A DNA stretch of 32,000 nucleotides from Micrococcaceae bacterium (GCA_035999715.1 DASYGM010000065.1:16298-48297), one strand, 5' to 3'. Shown: positions 16,328 through 23,036, counted from the stretch's first letter. The notes: generated by a model from the sequence alone, not told the origin. Program-made: numbers and translations.

Positions 16328-17757
16328 ACACTAGTCTCAGCCTGGCCCGCGCCATTGCGGATGTGGTCCTCTACGAGGGCTATCTGCTCTACCCCTACCG
16401 GGCCTCCTCCCAGAAGAACCAGGCCCGCTGGCAGTTCGGCATCCTGGGCCCTCAGGGCGCCGCCGGGAACGGAACGGGCGAGGATTCTGCTATGTCCACC
16501 GACTGCCTGCTGCTGGCCGGCCCCCTAGCCCGGCTGGAGGTCCATCTGCGCTTCCTGCAGCTGCAGTCGCGCAGCGTCGAGGAGGCCGACGGCGGCGCCT
16601 TCCGGCCGGTGCCCGGGCTGACGGTCGGATCCGCCAGCTGGCTGAGCTGGGACGAGGCGACTGAGCACGAGCTGACGCTGGGGCCGTTCAGCCTGGCCGA
16701 GCTGGCCGAGGGCCTGAGCCTGCCCGTGGAGGTTGCCGGCGGGGAGGAGGCGGAACTTCTGACGGATGAGGCCGGCACGGTGGCCGGAAGGCTGGTCCGA
16801 CGGCGGCGGCCGCTGCACGGTGTCGTCCGGCTGACGGCGGCGGAAGTTCCGCCAGCCGGGACGGCGGAAGTGTCGCCAGCCGGGACGGACACCAGTGCCC
16901 CGTTCGACTGTGGCAGCAGGCCGTTGCTCCGGCTGCGGGTGGCAGCCGAAAACCTTGCGGACGGCCAGGGCGCGGGCAAGCAGGGTGCCATCGCCACGTC
17001 GTTTATCGGCACCCATCTGCTGCTTGGCGCCCAGGACGCGGATTTCGTCTCGCTGCTTGAGCCGCCCGCCGAAGCTCAGGCCGTCGCTGCCGCGTGCACC
17101 CATCACCGGTGCTGGCCCGTACTGGCCGGTCCAGAAGGCCAGCGGGACATTCTGCTGCTGTCCCCGATCATTCTCTACGACCACCCGGCCGTTGCTCCGG
17201 AAAGCTCCGTTGCCCTCTACGACTCCACCGAAATCGACGAGATCCTGACCCTGCGTGTACTGACACTGACCGAGGAGGAAAAGGCCGAGGCCCGTGCCAC
17301 CGATCCGCGTGCGGCTGCGGTCATTGACCGCTGCGAGGCGATGTCCCCGCAGGAGCTGCAGCAGCTGCATGGGGCTCTGCGCAGCCCGCATGCCATGGAG
17401 GGGGCAGCAGAAGCCGGGGATCTGCCCTGGTGGGATCCGGCATCGGACGCCAGCGTCCAGCCGGAGGCCGACGTCGTCATGATCGCCGGAGTCCCGGTCT
17501 CGCGGGGCAGCCGGGTGGTTGTCCGCCCGCAGCGCCGGGCCGACGCACAGGACCTGTTTTCCGCCGGCCAAATCGCCCGCGTCAACGGCGTGCACTTCGA
17601 CGTCGACGGAAGCACGCACGTCGCCGTCGTTCTGGAAGCGGATCCGGCCGCGGAACTGCAGGAATGGTACGGCCGCTATCTGTATTTTGCACCGGAGGAG
17701 CTGGAACCGATGGGTCCGCTGACGGACCCGGAAGATCGAAGGGAAAATGGATCATGA
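16324..17757 (+). CDS. 477-aa hypothetical protein of the hydrogenase operon
   Basis: This long ORF has consistent GC3 bias. The N-terminus reads ADVVLYEGYLLYPYRASSQKNQARWQFGILGP. It contains an in-frame 24-bp tandem duplication at 16840-16887 and is coupled to its neighbours at both ends. I recognised no domain. Confidence 0.75.
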   Translation: MNTSLSLARAIADVVLYEGYLLYPYRASSQKNQARWQFGILGPQGAAGNGTGEDSAMSTDCLLLAGPLARLEVHLRFLQLQSRSVEEADGGAFRPVPGLTVGSASWLSWDEATEHELTLGPFSLAELAEGLSLPVEVAGGEEAELLTDEAGTVAGRLVRRRRPLHGVVRLTAAEVPPAGTAEVSPAGTDTSAPFDCGSRPLLRLRVAAENLADGQGAGKQGAIATSFIGTHLLLGAQDADFVSLLEPPAEAQAVAAACTHHRCWPVLAGPEGQRDILLLSPIILYDHPAVAPESSVALYDSTEIDEILTLRVLTLTEEEKAEARATDPRAAAVIDRCEAMSPQELQQLHGALRSPHAMEGAAEAGDLPWWDPASDASVQPEADVVMIAGVPVSRGSRVVVRPQRRADAQDLFSAGQIARVNGVHFDVDGSTHVAVVLEADPAAELQEWYGRYLYFAPEELEPMGPLTDPEDRRENGS

Positions 17758-17873
17758 GAGTCCTAGGCATGCTCACCACACTCGTGTTGCTGGCCGGGGC
17801 CGCTACGGTTGCGGTCGTCGGGGTGCGCTCCATCCCTGACATCCAGCGCTACCTTAAGATCAGGCAAATGTGA
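17754..17873 (+). CDS. 39-aa single-pass transmembrane micro-protein
   Basis: The peptide is MRVLGMLTTLVLLAGAATVAVVGVRSIPDIQRYLKIRQM: one hydrophobic helix followed by a basic amphipathic tail. ATG 17754 overlaps the upstream TGA (ATGA), and its stop 17871-17873 overlaps GTG 17870 of the protease ORF. Confidence 0.55.
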   Translation: MRVLGMLTTLVLLAGAATVAVVGVRSIPDIQRYLKIRQM

Positions 17874-18502
17874 GGCAATCGGTCCAAGCCGGTCAGCCCA
17901 GGGCCGTGGCTCCGGCCCCGGGTCCGGCCCTGGTATCCGGGCCGGACCCGGGGCATGTGCTGGTGGCCGGCGTCGGTAACATCTTCCTGCGCGACGACGG
18001 CTTCGGCCCCGAGGTGGCCCGCAGGCTCGCCTCGGAACCCCTTGCGTTCCAACCAGGGGTGCAGGTGGTGGATTACGGCATCCGCGGGATGCATCTGGCC
18101 TACGATCTGTTGGACCCGGTGGATGCGCTGGTGCTGGTGGATGCGTTGCCTCCGGGTTCCGGGATGCCTGGAGACCTCCGTGTGATGCAGATAACGCCGG
18201 AGGATCTAACGTCCGGGTCACACATTGGCCAGCCACACGTTGGGCAGCCACACGTTGGGCTGGGGCTGGACCTGCACGGCATGGATCCGTTGACGGTCTT
18301 GGCCCGGCTTCGCTCGCTGGGCGGAGAGCTGCCGATGACCTATCTGGTGGGGTGCGTGGTGGCGGACACCGAAGAAGGCATCGGTCTCTCGTCCGCAGTG
18401 GAGGCCGCCGTGCCGCGCGCCATGGCCCAGGTCATCTCGCTGGCTGCGCAGCATGTTTCCGCGGTCGCCGCTGAACTGACCCCAACCGATCCGAGGAGGT
18501 AG
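17870..18502 (+). CDS. hupD: hydrogenase maturation (large-subunit C-terminal) endopeptidase, HupD/HyaD/HybD family
   Basis: VLVAGVGNIFLRDDGFGPEVARRL and VVDYGIRGMHLAYDLL...LVLVDA are typical of this family. The start is uncertain: either GTG 17870 (coupled) or GTG 17957 (VLVAGVGN...). It contains a QPHVG-QPHVG in-frame repeat. Confidence 0.85.
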   Translation: MRQSVQAGQPRAVAPAPGPALVSGPDPGHVLVAGVGNIFLRDDGFGPEVARRLASEPLAFQPGVQVVDYGIRGMHLAYDLLDPVDALVLVDALPPGSGMPGDLRVMQITPEDLTSGSHIGQPHVGQPHVGLGLDLHGMDPLTVLARLRSLGGELPMTYLVGCVVADTEEGIGLSSAVEAAVPRAMAQVISLAAQHVSAVAAELTPTDPRR

Positions 18503-18507
18503 CCGCC

Positions 18508-18807
18508 ATGTGTCTGGGGATTCCGGGAAAAGTAATAGAGATGGTTGAGGGGTACGGAGGCCAGCTGGCGCTGGTTGATGTGGCCGGGGTGCGGCGGAAG
18601 ATTAACATCGGCCTGTTGGACGAGGGGCCGCTTGAGCCGGGGTCGTGGGTGCTCATACATATGGGGTTTGCGCTGGAACGCGTGGATGCCGCCGGGGCTG
18701 ACAAAGCCATGGACGGGCTGGAACTGATGGGCCGGCCCCGGAATGCCGACGTGGACGCCGGTAAACAGGCAGCCGTTGGGGAAGTTCGGGGCGTGACCGA
18801 AGTTTAG
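18508..18807 (+). CDS. hypC: HypC/HybG/HupF-family hydrogenase assembly chaperone
   Basis: The N-terminus MCLGIPGKVIEM contains the essential Cys2, and PGSWVLIHMGFALERVD is also present. SD GAGGAGG (18493-18499) lies 8 nt upstream. Confidence 0.9.
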   Translation: MCLGIPGKVIEMVEGYGGQLALVDVAGVRRKINIGLLDEGPLEPGSWVLIHMGFALERVDAAGADKAMDGLELMGRPRNADVDAGKQAAVGEVRGVTEV

Positions 18808-19583
18808 GTGTAGTGCTCCAGGGCCACGGCGGTGCCCCTGTGTTCGACGCTGCTGTTCGCGATTTTCAGGTGCCGGACGGTGAAGAGCTGTAGCTGGTGC
18901 AGCTGCGGCGCGGTGAGCCTGTCGCACACCCAGTCCCAATGCAGGGATACGGCGTCGCCCACGGCCAGGTCCGCCACGAAGCCCACGCCCGCCACCGCGT
19001 ACCTGGCCGTCTCAACCTGTGGCTGGCCGAGTGAGAGGACCCGGCCGTCCCACTCCAGCGGGCGGGAGCTCACCAGGGCCTCGTCGCCGGTGATGGCCAG
19101 CACTTCGCCCCACCGGATGCGGCATTTATCCAGCACGTTTAGTGCGGTGGCATAGCGCCGGTCATCGCGCAGCAGCCCCAGCCATGGATAGACCTCGAAG
19201 ACATGGAAACTGTGGTGCGGAACGCCGCCCGCCAGCACCCCTTCGATCAGGTGCGGGAACTGCTGCCCGGTGCGGGCGCGGAACCGGTCTTCCATTGAGT
19301 TGCCAACGTTTCGGAGGCCGACGCGGTCCAGCAGTGAGTTGCCCACCCAGTAGGCCTCCACCACCCGGTGATCCAGTGGATCACGGATTCCTGTGGCCCC
19401 GGCAATGAGTTCCAGATAGGGCCAGGCACCGGCGAACCCTTTGGCCAGTTCACGCAGTCCGGGATCTGTGACGCCGGATTGGCCGTAGTGCAGCAGTGCA
19501 TCACTGTCTTCGGGCCCGCAACTGCCTCGGGAGTTGGGCGGGTAGGCATAACGGACAAACAACTGGGCGCCATCGATAACCAT
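18804..19583 (-). CDS. DUF6390-like protein (by recollection) whose C-terminal third resembles HypC
   Basis: 259 aa from ATG 19583 (MVIDGAQLFVRYAYPPN...), with a GAGG-containing SD upstream. The track ORF extends to 19889, but that extension is Pro/Arg-rich and lacks codon bias. The gene is convergent with hypC and shares 4 nt (18804-18807). Confidence 0.75.
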   Translation of the reverse strand: MVIDGAQLFVRYAYPPNSRGSCGPEDSDALLHYGQSGVTDPGLRELAKGFAGAWPYLELIAGATGIRDPLDHRVVEAYWVGNSLLDRVGLRNVGNSMEDRFRARTGQQFPHLIEGVLAGGVPHHSFHVFEVYPWLGLLRDDRRYATALNVLDKCRIRWGEVLAITGDEALVSSRPLEWDGRVLSLGQPQVETARYAVAGVGFVADLAVGDAVSLHWDWVCDRLTAPQLHQLQLFTVRHLKIANSSVEHRGTAVALEHYT

Positions 19584-19680
19584 GTTCTGGCCTCGTTCCC
19601 TAGGGTGATACTTGACGGTAGCACCGCCCTGTATGGCCGACAAGGAAACCTGAAGCTGCCGTCGTCGGGCGCGCGTTCCG

Positions 19681-19709
19681 TTGACACTCCCAGCACCCGG
19701 GTAGATGCT
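19681..19709 (+). promoter_or_regulatory. candidate promoter TTGACA-N17-GATGCT for the ABC importer operon
   Basis: TTGACA is at 19681-19686, followed by a 17-nt spacer and GATGCT at 19704-19709, about 55 nt upstream of GTG 19765. This is a pattern match only. Confidence 0.3.
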
Positions 19710-19764
19710 GGAGGCCTGCACGCTCTTCTTGAACACCAATGTTCTCTGTCGAGGAGGTGAGCCA

Positions 19765-20916
19765 GTGTCTTCCGGCCAGATCCCCCGGCGCTCGCTCCTG
19801 AAAGGCATCGTCCTAGGTGGCGGGGCGGCGTTGCTGTCCGGCTGCGGCCCGAGCGGCGACGCGGGCGGCGCCCCAACGGTGGCAGGCACTGACTACGCCG
19901 CCGGCCCCCTCAGCGTCACTGACCAGCGTGGCAAGACCCTGACCTTCAGCAAACCGGTCACCAGGGTGGTGACCATTCCGATGCCGGCGGCTTCGCTACT
20001 GGTGGCCGTCGACCAGGGCGCAGGCCATCTGTCCGCCATGCATAACGCGTCCTGGGTGGCCATGCGGGACGGCATTATGGGACAGTTCTACCCGGCTGCT
20101 TTGAACATCCCCCATGACATTGCCACCCAAGACTTCATCCCGAACGTCGAAAGCGTCCGCGCGCTGGATCCGGACGTCGTCGTGCAGTGGAGCGACTCGC
20201 AACTCATCGCCCCACTGGAAAACGCGGGCCTGAAGGTGCTGGGGCTGAGCAACACTGGAACGCAGCAGGACGTGGATGCCTGGATCACCATGTTCGCGGC
20301 CATGCTGGGCAAGCCGGAGCGTGCCAGCCAGTTCAAGGCCCGCAGCGACGCGGAACTGAAGGAAGTCCAGTCCGCTGCTGCGGGGCACGCCGGAGCCGGC
20401 CCACGGATCATCTACTTCAACCGCTTCACCGGCGGTCTCAAGGTGGCGGGAACGAGCAGCTACAACGACTTCTACATCAAACTGGTGGGCGGAACCAATC
20501 CGGCCTCCGGCGCGCAGGGGGCTAAGGGCTCGGGGATGGTCGGGGTCGACGTCGAACAGGTGCTGGCCTGGGATCCGGAGGTGGTCCTGTTGGGGAACTT
20601 CGATGCGGCGATGCCCAACGACATCTACTCCAACCCGGTCTGGCAGACGGTCTCCGCGGTCCGCTCCCGCCGGGTCTACAAGGTTCCGCTGGGCGGCTAC
20701 CGCTGGGATCCGCCCGGACAGGAATCGCCCTTGATGTGGCACTGGCTGGCAGACATCAGCTTTCCCCAGCAGGGTAAATCGCAGCTCCGCAACAAGATCA
20801 CCGGCTACTACGACTTTCTCTATGCCCGTAAACCCAGCACCGAGCAAATGGACAAGGTCCTGTGGACCGATGTGAACGGCCAGTCGACCGACTACGGGCA
20901 ATTCGATGCTTCATGA
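19765..20916 (+). CDS. ABC transporter substrate-binding lipoprotein, FecB/BtuF (iron-chelate/cobalamin, TroA-like) type, Tat-signal
   Basis: GTG 19765 lies 7 nt after SD GAGGAGG (19751-19757). The twin-arginine plus lipobox signal is SSGQIPRRSLLKGIVLGGGAALLSGC. The body resembles periplasmic binding protein family 8 (VVTIPMPAASLL..., DPDVVVQW, DPEVVLLGN). Confidence 0.85.
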   Translation: MSSGQIPRRSLLKGIVLGGGAALLSGCGPSGDAGGAPTVAGTDYAAGPLSVTDQRGKTLTFSKPVTRVVTIPMPAASLLVAVDQGAGHLSAMHNASWVAMRDGIMGQFYPAALNIPHDIATQDFIPNVESVRALDPDVVVQWSDSQLIAPLENAGLKVLGLSNTGTQQDVDAWITMFAAMLGKPERASQFKARSDAELKEVQSAAAGHAGAGPRIIYFNRFTGGLKVAGTSSYNDFYIKLVGGTNPASGAQGAKGSGMVGVDVEQVLAWDPEVVLLGNFDAAMPNDIYSNPVWQTVSAVRSRRVYKVPLGGYRWDPPGQESPLMWHWLADISFPQQGKSQLRNKITGYYDFLYARKPSTEQMDKVLWTDVNGQSTDYGQFDAS

Positions 20917-22165
20917 GTCCGGCTCGGACCGCCTGAGCCGGGACGCAGCACCGGCAGCGGGCGCGCCCGAGGCCTCGCCCCCGAACCGGCACGGCGGCAA
21001 GCCGGCCAAGTCGCCCGGCGGCAAGCCGGTCGGGCCGCCCGGCCGCACGCAGACCGCATTGCCCGGCGGCAAGCCGGTCAGGTCGCACAGCCGCACGCAG
21101 ACCGCGTTGCACGGCCGCAGGCAGACCAAGTTGCCCGGCCGCAGGCCGGGCAGGTACCCCGCACGCGCCGTGGCGGGCAGCTCCGTCGTCGTCCTCCTGA
21201 TGGGCCTGGCGGCGCTGGCGCTGGGGCGCTACAACGTTCCGTTCTGGGATGTGCTGCAAACGCTGGCGTCCCGGCTGCTGCCGATCCCCGCGTCCGTCAG
21301 TGGGGTGGAACAGAACGTGGTGCTGCTGGTGCGGCTGCCGCGGGTGCTGCTGGCGCTGCTGGTGGGCGGCGGACTGGCAATCGGTGGCGCCGCGCTGCAG
21401 GCCATCTTCCGCAATCCGCTGGTCAGCCCGGAAATCATCGGCGTCTCCGCCGGTGCCTCTTTTGGCGGTGCGCTGGCCCTGCTGCTGGGACTAGGCTCCG
21501 CCGTGCTGGTGGGTTCATCCTTCCTGTTCGGGCTTGCGGCGTTGGGGCTGCTGTTCCTGATCACCTCGGGGAAGGGCGGCACGCCGATGCTGATGCTTGT
21601 GCTGGGCGGAGTGGTCACCGGGTCCTTCTTCTCGGCGCTGGTGGCCCTGGCTACCTATGTGGCGGACCCGTTCACCACGCTGCCTGCCATTGTTTTCTGG
21701 CTGTTGGGCAGTGTGGCATCGGCAACTTACGCCCAGGTGCTGGTGGCGGTGGGACCGGTGCTGGTGGGGACTGCCGTACTGCTCGCGCTGCGCTGGCGGA
21801 TCAACGTCCTCTCGCTGGGCGATGAGGACGCCGCGGCGCTGGGGCTGCGGCCGCGGACCCTGCGCTGGGTGGTCCTGGTCTCGGTGGCCCTGATCGTGGC
21901 AGGCGCAGTGGCGGTCAGCGGTGCCATCAGCTGGGTGGGACTGGTGATTCCGCACCTGGCACGGATGTGGGTGGGCCCGGACCACCGCGTGCTGCTGCCG
22001 GTGTCCTTCCTGGTGGGCGGGGCCTACATCGTTGCCGTGGACACCATTGCCCGTACGGCAACCGCCGGCGAGATTCCGCTGGGGGTCCTCACTGCGCTGA
22101 TCGGCGCCCCGGTGTTCTTCCTGCTGCTGCGGCGCAACCGGGACAGGATCTGGGACAGTGCTTGA
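20906..22165 (+). CDS. iron-chelate type ABC permease (FecCD/BtuC family) with a repeat-encoded N-terminal extension
   Basis: The FecCD core is RLPRVLLALLVGGGLAIGGAALQAIFRNPLVSPEIIGVSAGASFGGAL. ATG 20906 overlaps the SBP gene by 11 nt. An alternative start at GTG 21170 (VAGSSVVVLLMGLAALAL...) would drop the 88-aa Gly/Lys/Pro/Arg-rich extension. Confidence 0.85.
   Translation: MLHESGSDRLSRDAAPAAGAPEASPPNRHGGKPAKSPGGKPVGPPGRTQTALPGGKPVRSHSRTQTALHGRRQTKLPGRRPGRYPARAVAGSSVVVLLMGLAALALGRYNVPFWDVLQTLASRLLPIPASVSGVEQNVVLLVRLPRVLLALLVGGGLAIGGAALQAIFRNPLVSPEIIGVSAGASFGGALALLLGLGSAVLVGSSFLFGLAALGLLFLITSGKGGTPMLMLVLGGVVTGSFFSALVALATYVADPFTTLPAIVFWLLGSVASATYAQVLVAVGPVLVGTAVLLALRWRINVLSLGDEDAAALGLRPRTLRWVVLVSVALIVAGAVAVSGAISWVGLVIPHLARMWVGPDHRVLLPVSFLVGGAYIVAVDTIARTATAGEIPLGVLTALIGAPVFFLLLRRNRDRIWDSA
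21014..21109. repeat. 48-bp tandem duplication (2 copies) inside the 5' extension of the permease ORF
   Basis: Copy 1 (21014-21061) is cccggcggcaagccggtcgggccgcccggccgcacgcagaccgcattg. Copy 2 (21062-21109) is cccggcggcaagccggtcaggtcgcacagccgcacgcagaccgcgttg. Partial related copies flank them. The repeat is in-frame (16 codons). Confidence 0.8.
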
Positions 22166-22922
22166 GCTTGCCGGTGCCGGCTTTGGCTATTCGCGGCAGG
22201 ACTGGGTGTTCCGGGACCTCAGTTTCACCGTGCCCGCAGGGACGGCCACCGCCATTTTGGGACCCAATGGTGCGGGGAAGACAACGCTGGTGCGGTGCGC
22301 CGCCGGCCTGCTCAGCCCGCAGGAAGGCGAGATACGGCGTCGGGACACGGTGGGCTATGTGCCGCAGGCGCACGGCAGTGCATTTGCCTACCGGGCGCTG
22401 GATATGGTGCTGATGGGGCGGGCCCGCAAGGTGGGGCTTTTCCGCTCCCCGGGGCCCTCCGACGCCGCAGCAGCGGCCGGGGCCATGCACCGGGTGGGGA
22501 TCGGCGCGCTGGCTGACCGGCTGTTCCCCACGCTCAGCGGCGGCGAGCAGCAGCTGGTCCTGATTGCCCGGGCCATCGCCGCCGGTTGCCCCATCCTGGT
22601 GCTGGATGAGCCGGCCACCGGTCTGGACCTGAAGAACCAGGCGCTGGTGCTGACTCTGCTGCGCGAGCTGCTGGCCGATGGCATGGCCATGCTGTTGAGC
22701 ACGCATCATCCGGACCACGCCCTGTATCTGGCCGATTCCGTGGTGCTGATGGGCCGGGACCGTGTCCAGGCGGGCAGCGCCGCGGAGTTGTTGACGGCTC
22801 CGGAGCTGTCCGCGTTGTACGAGGTCCGCGTCTCGACTGTTGATTACGACGATGGCGGGCATCCCCGGCGGACGGTGGTGCCGCACTTTGACGTGCCGCT
22901 GCCTCCCATGGCCCCCCGCTGA
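22158..22922 (+). CDS. ABC transporter ATP-binding protein (FecE/FepC/BtuD type)
   Basis: Walker A GPNGAGKTT, signature LSGGEQQL, Walker B ILVLDEP and H-loop STHHPD are present. The GTG start overlaps the permease stop. Confidence 0.9.
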   Translation: MLELAGAGFGYSRQDWVFRDLSFTVPAGTATAILGPNGAGKTTLVRCAAGLLSPQEGEIRRRDTVGYVPQAHGSAFAYRALDMVLMGRARKVGLFRSPGPSDAAAAAGAMHRVGIGALADRLFPTLSGGEQQLVLIARAIAAGCPILVLDEPATGLDLKNQALVLTLLRELLADGMAMLLSTHHPDHALYLADSVVLMGRDRVQAGSAAELLTAPELSALYEVRVSTVDYDDGGHPRRTVVPHFDVPLPPMAPR

Positions 22923-22933
22923 CGGGTTGAAAA

Positions 22934-22977
22934 CACACTTCGCGCCCATGTCCTCGAAAACATGGGCGCGACGTGTG
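22934..22977. terminator. strong hairpin between convergent genes; canonical intrinsic terminator for dctA (minus strand)
   Basis: The core is CGCGCCCATGT (22941-22951), an 8-nt loop, and ACATGGGCGCG (22960-22970). It extends to 17 of 18 paired positions over 22934-22977. On the minus strand it is followed by TTTTCAACC. It lies 12 nt after the ABC ATPase stop and 60 nt after the dctA stop. Confidence 0.6.
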
Positions 22978-23036
22978 CTCTCAACTGGACGCCGCTTCAA
23001 CGCGGGGTCACCGCAACAGGGGCGGGAGGGGGTCGA

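Noticed and set aside
19584-19764. A cobalamin riboswitch upstream of the BtuF/FecB-like ABC importer.
   Set aside because: I could not find a B12 box (GCCACTG-type core) or the conserved GGGAA/GGTG stems. The candidate promoter at 19681-19709 would leave only a ~50-nt leader, too short for a riboswitch. An Rfam/Infernal scan would settle it.
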